Below the pieces are notes generated by a model. That model searched no databases. It had not been told where the DNA came from and was given only the letters and a program-made list of their open reading frames with translations. Both the position numbers and the translations under genes were made by a program. DNA of 63,946 bases, counting the filler, from Stramenopiles sp. TOSAG23-3 (taxonomy: Eukaryota): the NCBI GenBank assembly GCA_900128585.1. It is 11 parts of 11 records of this genome, joined end to end, with 100 filler letters (N's around TTAATTAATTAA, not from the genome) between each part and the next. Parts side by side here need not be neighbours in the genome. Positions count along the whole stretch, not along the records: positions 50,336 to 56,506 come from LT643370.1; positions 56,607 to 62,771 come from LT643371.1; positions 62,872 to 63,946 come from LT646550.1; 8 more parts are not named here. One strand, given 5' to 3'. This document shows, one piece after another, positions 53,501 through 63,648 of the stretch; position 1 is the first letter of the stretch, and each line of letters opens with the position of its first letter.

Positions 53501-55430
53501 ATTTTCTCTGGAGGTTCTCTTTCAACCTTACCATGTTTCAAACGTGTGCAATGGTGTGAAACTTAATTCCACCGGTTCGCCCTTGATCATGACAGTGGAA
53601 GATTTGCTTGTGGTAGGAACAACCCTGGATGCTTCTAGGTCGATATTTTGCATGTGCTCATTTGTTCAACTTGAACTGATTTTATGCAAACTCAGGGATT
53701 TAGCCACGATGGTCGAAAAATCTCAGCACGCAGCCGCGTTCTTTTCTGTGTTTTCGAACAATATGAATTTTGAACATATTCTGCGGTACGGTAGCTTGGC
53801 TGGTACATCGAACGAATCACATAGCAGCCTAACCCGACTACAACTCGGAGTCACAAAGTATTCTAAACGGGCCAAAGCGGAACAGAACCGAAAACGGGAA
53901 AAGGGGTTGAATGATTTCATTGTAAAGAGCACAATTGACGACATTATAAATGGCGCAGAAACAGAGGCTAGAATAGCAGAAGAGAAACAAAATTTAAAGA
54001 ATATGTACGATGCAACGCTGCAAAAATTCTATGAAGCTGCCAGGCATGCTGTCATTGAAAAAGAAGGTGTTGACAAAAGCAACGCTCGAATGCAGAGGGA
54101 GATTAAATCTTTGGAAAACCGATTGCGTGTAAAGAACCAAAAACTTAACGATGCGCTTTCTCGTTCAATAGACCAATACGGCTCAAAAACTGCCCTTTTG
54201 CACGATTTTAACGCGGTAAGATTGTCTCGAGCTGGTAGTCGGCCAAAGCAGCACAATTCTGGTGCGGCAAACTCTGGCCCTCCTCGCGGACGAATGCAGG
54301 GTTCGAATAATGTCAGTTCGAGGAGAACAAGGTCGCTGGAACGTAACTCAAATATCTCAGTACAATGGCAAGGCCAAGATGCAGAAAAATTAGAACTAAT
54401 TTCAAATCTGGAAGAAAAAGATGCCATAATCGGTCAACTACGGCAGCAGCTCACCACAATTTCAAGTCTGAAGCAGGGGAATGTCTATGCACCCAGTGAC
54501 GAGTCCCAGGGCGACATGCTTCCTTTAAGGCTGTCGGGGGCAATCGAAATAATTGGTGTTCCTCCGAGTCCGCACAAGAGAAAAAGGCAAGTTGTCGGCG
54601 AAATGAGTGCCGTGGCAGTAGGTAACCCAGCGACGACGGACACGCAAGTCACTGAAAAAGCTAGCCTTGGTGCTGAGGAAGTGCAAATCGCTAGCGAAGT
54701 AAATTTTGCCCTTCTAAGAAAGAAAGACGAAATTATTGGTAGCGTCAGCGAGCAAAATAAAGCGCTGGTACAAGAAAATAAAGAGCTAAGGAAACAACTT
54801 GCTTCAGCAGAACAAATACGACGTTCTGCGGGGCAAATGAAGAGTGAATTAATATCAAAGGATGAAATCATAGCAGATTTGAGTAACGAAAATAAAGGTT
54901 TGCTTGAAGCTAATGATATTCTAAAAAAACAAGTAGTTGGGCACCTTGAAAAGATTAGAAAAATATCTAGTGTGTCAGTAGCAAGGGATGAGCTAGAAAT
55001 GCTTGTGTCGTATATTTCCCACCTAGAAAAGGTCATTGAATTCGTGCCAGAGCCGGTTCCGACCCAAGCCATAGATCTAAAAGACTTGACAATTCAGGAT
55101 ATTTCGCTCAATTTGACGGGCGATAAAGACCCTGCAATGAGCAGAAACGCCCATTCGGGACATAAACGTTCTAGAAAAAGTTCAAAAAAGGTGTCCGCTA
55201 GTCGCCGCACACTGAAACCTTCGTCCCTCAAACGAAACTCTTCGCCAAAGGCAGTCAAAAAAGAAGGAAAATCGCCGAAAGAATTTAACACCCCTTCACC
55301 ATCCAAAAGCAGAATCAGCTTTATAGCTGGGAAAGACAATGAAAAATCCCGTAACATGTGGGAAAAGTTGTGGGCGTGGAAAGAGAAGCAAGAGCAAGAA
55401 AAAGAAAGAGAAGGCTTTAGCCTAAGTTGA
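50532..55430 (+). CDS. Divergent kinesin-3-like protein (motor-like domain, FHA-like domain, coiled coils)
   Basis: RAVLRLHP, KYKFDHVFS, GDKGSGKSHTLFG P-loop, IRNEEIVDLL; FHA-like LFVNG...LEVGDRIVIG; switch I and II degenerate. Confidence 0.8.
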   Translation: MRSSRLSSRGVGRHTPSSRASVASRTSVSGRVASKTTRVKSSVRGSTKVGKKRLSATSPPTEGKLLTVETVKTVASKPYDKLAPPAFIGQVWESLLKDQHSNVQNRTERITATRAVLRLHPLVNEKNPKSEINVDRTEGFVAVTHPLTKEKGKKYKFDHVFSPAATLGVQAGGNNRALRTEGANNSQENVFEELGPHFLANVWRGYDAKVVLIGDKGSGKSHTLFGPTLTNPSKAGLLPRFGASLFSLIYKDMSSGGGGRKNRWCVNLSAYMIRNEEIVDLLTPASLGTHRPDDTNPENEDKIGANSAPPRVIFSEELRESQVVGVDIKCLEDYADMVSALETIEVQRTLYASENVRNGNIFVEFRIHRQGSPFPAEVESGALGAIEAETCSTVTFVELTASGKPMSHLSTNSIINFMGGAAKDKFEDMAEKTLRKCSRLINNHEPLALDASFQEQQETAEEFPLGESQSTELLRSIFSGESELTVVACVYPVQIKHQATMKRIKLASKLQKIICFPDRASTEKRLSVRRLRDELEVLKATVGESNGYNSKHASSGNSRIGDISSLMKMKCVIWENIEDHLCVQLEKDAGSDVEGPSGVKNSAVPGTDTVKSVPKPSPKSPRSKLSLAELRRKDMEVEQIGKDLERAAQERFTNHISFLCEDDNLSFRTELSVHPGRTRLTGAFDYHFEDLGRQLVLRCLPKLGPACELLNLDGIMTVTKQNDSVTLFVNGTELAKDTSRTLEVGDRIVIGTQYFLFVTNVRGKSFGGNPEQSGAKGKKSVSSGSPRKSPGKPTRRSLSPAGSRRSSLSPPGSRRSTLKKSKIGKQGVSSAPHASANEANALYQYALREWLVGCTQALQKSVQNSIKDFVPPLGKYVPSLLIYSSGDDDLFACSSPVPARSTEEDKHEPNKAGGAQKAKTKSPRSRSLVARKAKSPATSRTKTSPSKPLTKTSTQKEAASSTDRGSEYEDGNRLRKFLMLIEESNGLAKEFSLEVLFQPYHVSNVCNGVKLNSTGSPLIMTVEDLLVVGTTLDASRSIFCMCSFVQLELILCKLRDLATMVEKSQHAAAFFSVFSNNMNFEHILRYGSLAGTSNESHSSLTRLQLGVTKYSKRAKAEQNRKREKGLNDFIVKSTIDDIINGAETEARIAEEKQNLKNMYDATLQKFYEAARHAVIEKEGVDKSNARMQREIKSLENRLRVKNQKLNDALSRSIDQYGSKTALLHDFNAVRLSRAGSRPKQHNSGAANSGPPRGRMQGSNNVSSRRTRSLERNSNISVQWQGQDAEKLELISNLEEKDAIIGQLRQQLTTISSLKQGNVYAPSDESQGDMLPLRLSGAIEIIGVPPSPHKRKRQVVGEMSAVAVGNPATTDTQVTEKASLGAEEVQIASEVNFALLRKKDEIIGSVSEQNKALVQENKELRKQLASAEQIRRSAGQMKSELISKDEIIADLSNENKGLLEANDILKKQVVGHLEKIRKISSVSVARDELEMLVSYISHLEKVIEFVPEPVPTQAIDLKDLTIQDISLNLTGDKDPAMSRNAHSGHKRSRKSSKKVSASRRTLKPSSLKRNSSPKAVKKEGKSPKEFNTPSPSKSRISFIAGKDNEKSRNMWEKLWAWKEKQEQEKEREGFSLS

Positions 55431-55576
55431 GAGGCTTTTAATTTTATGATACAGGATTATCAATACAAAGTCGAATGTTTATAATACTCCTTAAGAAAAT
55501 TTGCGGAAAAGTTTTTTAAAACTCGCAACGGGATAAACATAAAAATGATTTCACGCCGCAGAGCCGCAGAGCGTTC

Positions 55577-56140
55577 TTATCTCTCCTTTGCTTCTTTTTT
55601 AACATCTCGTAATTCAAAACTTGCTAGTTCATCATTATCGTTGGCATTGCTGGCAGCATCGGCAGCGCCCTCTGTCATGTCAAGATCACTCTCTTTTTCA
55701 TCCAAGCTCGCGCTGTTTGTTTCTACCATCACTGCTTCGGACCTCTTTTTCGAATCGCTTGACCCGTTTATGGGTTCGCCAACATCCTCTTTTGCATCAT
55801 CCTCGGTTTCTTTTGCATCGTCCCCGGTTTCTTTTGCATCGATCTCTACATGGTCGTCCATTTCATTTGTCAAATCCATCACGGTTTCCGAACCCTTTCG
55901 TGATTCACTTAACTTTTCAGGTTTTGCAGATATTGTAGGAGTATGTTCAATGTTATCTTCTATTTTTGCTAAATCGATGGGTTTCATGTTATCCAGTGTA
56001 GGGACAGATTTGTTTTGGGGGCTTCTTGGTGATTTTTCAGGTTTTGGTGGTTTTCTATGCGCTGCACGAATTGCAACGTAGCTAATCAGTTCTGAAATAG
56101 TGATTGCCCCATCCCCATCGTCCATTTTGTCAAACATCAA
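55577..56140 (-). CDS. C-terminal fragment: EF-hand plus acidic low-complexity tail
   Basis: LMFDKMDDGDGAITISELISYV EF-hand-like; frame open back to about 56195; +1 relative to the upstream fragment. Confidence 0.5.
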   Translation of the reverse strand: MMFDKMDDGDGAITISELISYVAIRAAHRKPPKPEKSPRSPQNKSVPTLDNMKPIDLAKIEDNIEHTPTISAKPEKLSESRKGSETVMDLTNEMDDHVEIDAKETGDDAKETEDDAKEDVGEPINGSSDSKKRSEAVMVETNSASLDEKESDLDMTEGAADAASNANDNDELASFELRDVKKEAKER

Positions 56141-56183
56141 AGCCCATTTCTTGACGCTTGCAAATTCCCTTAAATATTCGCTG

Positions 56184-56504
56184 CTACGTAACGGTGTCTA
56201 CTTCAGATCTAGCTTCACCCTCTTCATTATCAGCAGTGAGCAAATTCATAAGTGCAAAATAGATGTACTGTGGCAATCCCCCATCTTGCTTTGTCACCAG
56301 CAAATAAATTTGCTCCTCATAGAGTAAAATATTTTTTGGATGATTTTCGAGAATGTTTTTTACCAGGGTGATTCGATTTTCCATGGAAATTTCGTGCACG
56401 GATAGCCTGTTGCTCTCTTTCGTTTTTGCCCTCAAAGCACTTTTGGCCGGCTCATAAAACTCGGACAAAGACGAGAGCTGTACAATAAACCGTAACCGTT
56501 GACC
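56184..56504 (-). pseudogene. Fragment resembling the post-ATPase region of TEP1/NACHT-type proteins (5' truncated, out-of-frame junction)
   Basis: RLRFIVQLS...RITLVKNILENHPK...QIYLLVTKQDGGLPQYI resembles a NACHT helical region; frame open to the contig edge. Confidence 0.4.
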
Positions 56505-56805
56505 CANNNNNNNNNNNNNNNNNNNNNNNNNNNNNNNNNNNNNNNNNNNNTTAATTAATTAANNNNNNNNNNNNNNNNNNNNNNNNNNNNNNNNNNNNNN
56601 NNNNNNAAAAAAATAGATAGGATTATATTTTTTTGTTCAGTTTTAATCTGTTTGTGCGCTCGGAGGACTGTATTTACAGGTATATTTATCTATCTTGGAA
56701 TATATTTGTTTTGCGTTTGGTATCTGTCAATTCGTTCGTACGTTCGTTCGTTCCTTCTTTCTTCCGTCCGTCCGTCCATATATATATACACCCTCTCGCT
56801 GAAGA

Positions 56806-57228
56806 ATGTTGTTTTCTTTATACATAGTGAACCGTGCGGGCACGTTGGTGTACAATAGGAATCTAGATGATAGACTGAAAAAATTAAGTAGCAATGAATA
56901 TTTACGGGTTGGGTCGACGTTTCATTCGTTGCATGCGTTGGCAAGGCAGGCTGCCCCTGTTGAGTCTGGTGGGATATTAAGCCTGGAGGCAAGCACTTTT
57001 TCGTTGCGCTGTTTGTCAACATTGACTGGGATGAAGTTTATGATTATTGCGGCCCCAGGGGCACCTGCACTTCACGACGTTTTGAGGCGCATCTACGTGC
57101 TTTACGCAGACTATGTGCTAAAAAACCCGTTCTACGAGTTTGGCCTACTGATAAAGTGCCATCTATTTGACGATGGCATTTCAAAGCTGCGTGATAAGTA
57201 CGAAGCGTCGCAGGGTAACTCCCTCTAA
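56806..57228 (+). CDS. TRAPPC4: TRAPP complex subunit 4 (Trs23/synbindin)
   Basis: LYIVNRAGTLVY, SSNEYLRVGSTFHSLHA, TLTGMKF, IYVLYADYVLKNPFY. Confidence 0.92.
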   Translation: MLFSLYIVNRAGTLVYNRNLDDRLKKLSSNEYLRVGSTFHSLHALARQAAPVESGGILSLEASTFSLRCLSTLTGMKFMIIAAPGAPALHDVLRRIYVLYADYVLKNPFYEFGLLIKCHLFDDGISKLRDKYEASQGNSL

Positions 57229-57567
57229 GTAAGGACCCGCTTTCGCTTCGGGAGACCGGTGAGTCCCTTGCCCGGAGGGGGGCGCAGGCCATCCTTTGAA
57301 CCACTGAGGGCTCGTTCCTTGTACATCACAAAAATTAACATATTTTCGCAAAATGATAAATTGCAGGGGTGGCGCTTCTTGTATAATAAAAAATAAGATA
57401 TGATAATACACCAAGTAACTTATCGCGTAAAGAGAAGACTGCCAGTGTAAGATTATTTTTATTTCAGTCTCCCTGGGAATAGGACCGTTTTACTGACCAC
57501 CCTCTCGTAACACTGTTCCGTCCAACGCGACTAGCCATTCAGAGGCGTGCAACCACTTTTAGCTGGA

Positions 57568-58800
57568 TCACTTCGGTGCAACTTGGTTGGGGCGGTAGGC
57601 CGTCGCCCTCGGGTTTTCTTTGTCCTCCTCCGTCGGCACGAATGCGTTGAAATCGTATGTTTCGAGCCGCTGCTTTTGCGCACTAGTAAGGGACGGCGCC
57701 TCGATGTCCCCCCCTCCCAAAAGCGTGTCGGAGGCGTCGTCATGCCCCGTGTTGCAATTGGCGCGCGAGGTATCTGGTAAAAAGGTTGCCTGCATGGACA
57801 TATCTTTCAAGCCCTGCCAATCAAATGATGCCAGCCATGGGTGATGACGTAAACGAGTGTGCGCCCCCTTGTCTTCCAAATCTTCGTGGGGCGCTCCCTT
57901 CATCATACGGATGTTCTCGTTGCAGTCGATCAGTCGAACAATAAGCTCTTTGCATTCCTGCGACAGTTCGGCAGACTGATTAAGCGTGTCATGAACGATC
58001 GTCTGCGTCGTCTCTTTCTTCTCCATCTTGCCAAGCTGACTGCTACGTCTCTCGTCGTCCGTCACCCCAGGCTTCTTTTTTGAGCGCGGGCGGGCTGGTA
58101 TGGGCAGCACGCCCGTGACAAATATAAACAAGGTGATCCCCGTTGCGTACAGGTCCGCCGCCATGCCGTGCCCGATCGTCGCCCCGTCGACCCCGACCAC
58201 TTTGCTTGTGATTTCTGGGGCCATGTACACGCTAGTACCGCTTCGGGCATTGCACCGTCGATTGCTGTTCATGTACTTTGATATTCCAAAATCGGTCAAT
58301 TTGATGTACCCGTTGGCGCCCAGAACGAGGTTTTCAGGTTTTACGTCCCGGTGCAGCACATTCAGTCCGTGTACGTACTCCAGGGCGAGGAGCAATTGCG
58401 CAATGTAAAACCGCGAAGTGTCCTCATCGAACGCTTTCCCGGACCGGGTGCCCCTTTGGTACTCCAAGTCCCCGCCAAGGGCCAAGTCAAGGACCAGGTA
58501 ACAGCAGTACTTGTCTTGAAACGCGTAGATCATGTTCACCAGTCGCGGGTGGTTTACGTGCTGCAAAATAGTCCTTTCGTTGAAGAGCATATCTTCGGCG
58601 CTCGCGCTCCGGAAGCCCTCCTTCTTCCATATCGTTTTCATTGCGTAGTACGTCCCCTTGTCGTCGCCTACCCTCTTTTTCACGCAATTCACTTTACCAA
58701 AACCACCTTTACCAACTACACGCTCAATTTCAAAATTCTTTACGCTGACTGAACCATTTGAACCGTGCGCAGCCGACGACTGGCTACAAAGGTTCCCCAT
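57568..58800 (-). CDS. AGC Ser/Thr kinase, STK32/YANK-like, with N-myristoylation motif
   Basis: MGNLCS; GKGGFGKV, YAFQD..CYLVLDLALGGDL, HRDVKPEN, DFG, YMAPE; tail FLPD..RANC. Confidence 0.88.
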   Translation of the reverse strand: MGNLCSQSSAAHGSNGSVSVKNFEIERVVGKGGFGKVNCVKKRVGDDKGTYYAMKTIWKKEGFRSASAEDMLFNERTILQHVNHPRLVNMIYAFQDKYCCYLVLDLALGGDLEYQRGTRSGKAFDEDTSRFYIAQLLLALEYVHGLNVLHRDVKPENLVLGANGYIKLTDFGISKYMNSNRRCNARSGTSVYMAPEITSKVVGVDGATIGHGMAADLYATGITLFIFVTGVLPIPARPRSKKKPGVTDDERRSSQLGKMEKKETTQTIVHDTLNQSAELSQECKELIVRLIDCNENIRMMKGAPHEDLEDKGAHTRLRHHPWLASFDWQGLKDMSMQATFLPDTSRANCNTGHDDASDTLLGGGDIEAPSLTSAQKQRLETYDFNAFVPTEEDKENPRATAYRPNQVAPK

Positions 58801-59680
58801 TCNNNNNNNNNNNNNNNNNNNNNNNNNNNNNNNNNNNNNNNNNNNNNNNNCAGCTCAATACTATTTCTTTTTTCCCCTCGCAAACCGCATTAATGAATCG
58901 AGTAAAAAGGTTTACCCGTGAAAAAGCAATCCTTACTTTTTTCTATGAGTTTCAACCCAACTTTCTTACGCCCGCAGCGGTGGCAATAATAATGTAGAAC
59001 AAAGAATATCACACAGCAGAAGAAGAAGAGGAGAGAGAAGAAGAAGAAAACATCACGGATGTGGTTTTAACGTCGTATTTCTTCCTTCTCTTCTTCTTCT
59101 CTTCTTCTCGTTCTTCGATGATGGTGTTGTTGTTGTTGGTGAAATTAATGATCTTCTTCTGACCTGTTTCATCTTTGTTGTTGTTCTTCTTCCGGATCGC
59201 TAGTGGATTCAATCACTCCGCCCCATTTTCCTTCTTCAGATACTAAGGTTTCTCCTAACGATGCCGTCTCCTAATATAGGAATAGCATAGTTTATTTCTA
59301 TTTATTTTCGATTCTCCTCGTCAATTTCCTTTATTTCTTTTCCCAGACGTCTCGAAATCTCGAAAACTCGAAATCTAAAACAAAATTTATTTAGATTTTC
59401 TTCCATATAAGTTATAAGCTTATACAGTATAGAACTTAATAGAGAATTATTAACATAAGAATACTATATCAGGGAGTACATTTTGATGTTATTTGGTTGT
59501 ATTATATATTAAGTATACTATTTCATAGTAAAGTAGAATACAAAATTCACTTGTGGCACATACCTCCCCCTTTTCTTTGCTGAGTTGCTGCTGTTGTTTT
59601 TAGTTTTTCGAGGAGGAGTTTGGGATTTTCAGATATTATTATATCTAACATCTTCTAACAAAGGGGACACAGGGATTACA

Positions 59681-60682
59681 TCATATCACATCCCCACCAG
59701 ACGTCATTTTCATTGCATACGCATCGTTAATTAGCCGGCGTTCACTATTTCCTTTTCTTATGGTCTCCGAAAACAGATCGATGGGAAGGAGAGCGTATGA
59801 AATTTCCTCACGGCTGTACTCGACCCCTTTGATTTTCTTTGTCCAAGGCGGTCTATACCCCCACCCGCAGGGCACCGTCGTACATTTTGTCACAAAACAG
59901 TTCCCAAAGGTTCTTCGGTTCCGTTCTGGGTACCCCCCGACGACCCCGTCCTGAATTTTGTCTTTGCTGTGGAGCATGCCGATTACTACGATTGCGTGGC
60001 CATCGGCTCCAGACCGTCGTTTATAATCCCAAGGATTGTTATATGGGTCAAATCTTGGGACGATGAACCTCTCCTTTTTTCCATACTTGTCTGCCGTAGC
60101 TCGGTTCGCCCAAGGGTACCCAAGCTCTTGAACTCCTATGTACACGGGTCCCTGCTTCACCTGCTCCACCAAGTCGCCCAGGTTCAACACTTTCCGGTAC
60201 TTGAGCATGTCTTGGGGCTGGTTCGGGTTGGTGGCCCCCCAAACGCGTGGGATCTGGTCGTTGAGGTGCGCGCCTTCGTCTTTTGTCTTTCTGAAACCAC
60301 CCAAGCTTGATATATTTTTGGTGAACTTTGCTCGGTTTTGAACTTCGAACGCGGTCACGGCAGCGCACACCGCGCAGTCGTTCTTCTCTTGCTCTCGGAT
60401 AGGAAACGCCTTCAAATTGTCCCCTATGCTGCTCACGAACTCGCTCCACGTCGTGGCGTTCCCTGCACCGCTCCGAACGAAATCATCGTCCATCCAATTT
60501 ACGTACGAAAACTCACCAATCGTTTCCCGATTTCGCAACCCACGTCGACGCCGCCGTTTAGTGGCCGACACGTCTAATTCGATAACCTCTTCAACATTTC
60601 TTATCGACAACGCGGGCACCGTGTTTGCTTTCCGTTTGGGACGGCGGCGGGTCGGCCTCACTGATGCGATCGACGACGCCAT
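59681..60682 (-). CDS. Divergent papain-like (C1) peptidase without signal peptide
   Basis: PIREQ..DCAVCAAVTAFE, QGPVYIGV, GHAIVVIG, FVTKCT...WG in papain order; basic N-terminus. Confidence 0.65.
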   Translation of the reverse strand: MASSIASVRPTRRRPKRKANTVPALSIRNVEEVIELDVSATKRRRRRGLRNRETIGEFSYVNWMDDDFVRSGAGNATTWSEFVSSIGDNLKAFPIREQEKNDCAVCAAVTAFEVQNRAKFTKNISSLGGFRKTKDEGAHLNDQIPRVWGATNPNQPQDMLKYRKVLNLGDLVEQVKQGPVYIGVQELGYPWANRATADKYGKKERFIVPRFDPYNNPWDYKRRSGADGHAIVVIGMLHSKDKIQDGVVGGYPERNRRTFGNCFVTKCTTVPCGWGYRPPWTKKIKGVEYSREEISYALLPIDLFSETIRKGNSERRLINDAYAMKMTSGGDVI

Positions 60683-61569
60683 GGTTAACAGGTTTACTCT
60701 TTTCGGGGTGGCGATGGTTTCTTTTTGATCAAAACCGAAAGGGAAGCGCTATTCGTTGAGTATTTGTAAATTAGTATTTAGTTTTAAACTGTTTCGTTCT
60801 TTGCTGGTTTTTCTTTGTATTCATAAATAAAAATATTTTCGTATAATATATAATAAACCTTCTCATTTTTTGATGTTTTTTGTTACATTGATGCTAATAA
60901 TTATTGCTGGTTTGTACCTGCTACTTCCATGCTATTTCATCATCATTTTCTTCATTGCTTCTTTTTTTTGTGCGTGTTGCTATTTGATTATACTTATAAC
61001 AATCTATTTGTATACTAGAGATAGTATACTATATATGACAAGCACTTCATGCAGTGTGTATAGTATTAAAAGATATTAATTAGTCTATATAGAGTTTTGT
61101 TTATTAGTATATAAGAATTGTACTTACGTATTCTTTATTATCAATGTCGGAAATATATAGGCATTTTGAATGTAGTTTATGTAATATATAAGTATAAGTG
61201 TATAATTCTAGTGATGGTTGGAAGAAAAACTATATTAGTAAGGAACATTATATTCTTTAATTATAAATATATTATACTATATAATGTTACATGAAACTGC
61301 ATGCTTAATCTATGAAAGAAATAAACCTTAATCATTAAAAACAAAATTATAAAAGATGTTGTAGGAAGAAGAATGGGTGGCACAGTACATACGGACTACA
61401 AATATTTCAAAAGGGGGGGCGGATTATAGAACAATGCGTTTAGAAAACCTCTAGAACTCTAGAATTGGTATGTTCCATGCAATCACATTGAAGGGTAGAA
61501 ATAGTTTAGGGGAACTTTTAAACGAAAAGACGTTTTTGCTGAGTTTTACAGGCTTTTTCAAGTTTATAA

Positions 61570-62771
61570 ATGGAGGAACCGAAAGAGAGCGAGGGAGAGG
61601 CTGATGGCGCAAAGACAGCGACGGTTGTCCTGGAGGTAACGACGGTGGGCCCCCTCGGAAAAAAACATAGTTTTTGCGAGACTGTAGGGTACGACGGAGT
61701 TTGCCTCCTTGTTTTCGTACTAATCAATGCGGGCCTTCATTTATATGTTGCTTACTTGTACACGATATGGTTTTCCAACTGGAAACGACCTTGGGTTTGG
61801 TTGTTTGCTCTGTTTGCGGGATTTTTTATCTTCCTATTTGCTTTTTGCGTCGTACGATGGCGACACATGGCTACGGACTTCACAAAACAGCTGGAGAAGA
61901 GTATACGGGTAACAGAAAAAGGAAGGCTGTCGAGGCGAGATCTGATGCAGATAGCGTATGCACACTGGAAAATGGACGGAAAGTATTTTCTGCTCAAATT
62001 GTACACCCTCGAAATTATTGAATCCATCGTCCAGTCCAACAATTTCATTTCGTTTTTTGTGTGTTCCTTGCCCGTCGAAATAACTATTCCCATGGCAGTT
62101 GTGCTAAGTATTGACTCGTTCCATACTTCCTGGATCATGTCGCACAAGAATCGCCCAAAAAGTCGAAATAGACAAGTAACAATCGACACATTGATGGACT
62201 TTGTTTTTACAACAATCCCATTGCCAATTATATTTTTTCAGTATGATGTCCCAATCAGCATATACGAAATGGTTAATGTGGTCGCCTTACCAAGTATCTG
62301 TATTCTAGCAAAAATCGACGACATGTTCGAAGAGATTGTTCGATACAGGAGTGAAGAAGTTTATGTAATTAGGACTGCCGACCCTAGGAGGCGTACAAAG
62401 GCCAGGAAACACAGCCTTATGAGAATGCACAGACGGGCGAAACAGCAGGACAATGAGGTTCCTAAAACATTTCGAGCTGTTTTGTTCACCCTAAAAACAT
62501 TGTTTGGCGTTTTGTTTTTGGTGTTGGGGATAGTGCAGCTGGCGATGCATAACACTGTAGTTTGCGACAAATCGACATGGGACCGTTGCCTTGTAAAGGT
62601 GCCATTCTGCAGTAGTCCGTTTCGTGCCACTTGCAACTGTGCTGTGTTGTACGTTGAAAACCACAATTGGACAAAGGCACCAAGTAGCATCAAAGAAATG
62701 GTCTCCCTTAGAAAAATGACGATAAAGGATGGTCCACTGGATCAATTGTTCGATACATTTTCGGAGACCTA
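61570..62771 (+). CDS. Multi-TM protein with Cys-rich cap and start of an LRR region (3' truncated)
   Basis: Several TM helices, CLVKVPFC...CNCAVL cap, then PSSIKEMVSLRKMTI..GPL LRR-like start. Confidence 0.7.
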
Positions 62772-63377
62772 NNNNNNNNNNNNNNNNNNNNNNNNNNNNN
62801 NNNNNNNNNNNNNNNTTAATTAATTAANNNNNNNNNNNNNNNNNNNNNNNNNNNNNNNNNNNNNNNNNNNNAGGTTTATAAGTATGTATATAGTACACAC
62901 ACACACACACATACGATATATATATATATATATTATAAAAACAATTAATATGTTTTAATCAAAATATACACATCTTAAATTTGGAGAGAGTCAGAGTAAA
63001 AAATAAAAATATTGTCGTCTCCTATATTTCGAATATATAAATATATAGTTACTGGTTAGCTGGTTAGATTATTTCAATTATCAATTATACAATTTAAATT
63101 ACATGATTTTTTCGTGATAATACCTTAAACTATACAAATCGCTTTCGGGCGGCCTCTTTGAGGTTTGCCAGGGCTACTAAATAAATATAATAAAACATGT
63201 GTATTATTGCCAGGACTGATGTAGATAATGAATGTTTGTATATCTGCATGCGTCGTTTCAAAATCATATATTGTTTCCTAAACGAGAAATAAAAACAGCC
63301 ATCAATAATCCTAGAATTGAATTTTTACAATTTCTGTGATCTCTCTCTCTCTCTACACACACAACAACAACAAATTA

Positions 63378-63648
63378 ATGGCAACATTAGCAACTGGTGT
63401 GGCACATACATTGGTTATATCAGATCGTGGACATTTATATTCTTTTGGATCTAGTGAACATGGTGAACTTGGTAGAAATCGTTGTGGTGGTAATTTCCAA
63501 ATTCCAGGGCGAATAGTTGGTGCGAAAGAGAATGATGGTGAAGAACATTTTTTCATGAAAAAAAAAATTGTACATGTAGCAAGTGGTGATCATCATTGTG
63601 CAGCTATATCAATCGACGGATGTGTATATACATGGGGCAATAATACAT
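63378..63648 (+). CDS. RCC1-repeat protein, first exon or fragment
   Basis: ATGVAHTL...LYSFGSSEHGELG and IVHVASGDHHC...VYTWGNNT repeats. Similarity stops at a GTAAGT at 63649. Confidence 0.75.

Noticed and set aside
57250-57290. Twister-ribozyme or 5S rRNA resemblance (CCGG..TCCC..GCCCGG.GGGG; GGGAGACCG)
   Set aside because: It lacks the twister AAGC loop and P2 partner strand, and the 5S similarity is only about 9 nt.
6207-62871. Regularly spaced TTAATTAATTAA palindromes about every 6.3 kb (repeat-array-like periodicity)
   Set aside because: These are artificial N-flanked linkers. The spacing shrinks monotonically because the contigs are size-sorted.
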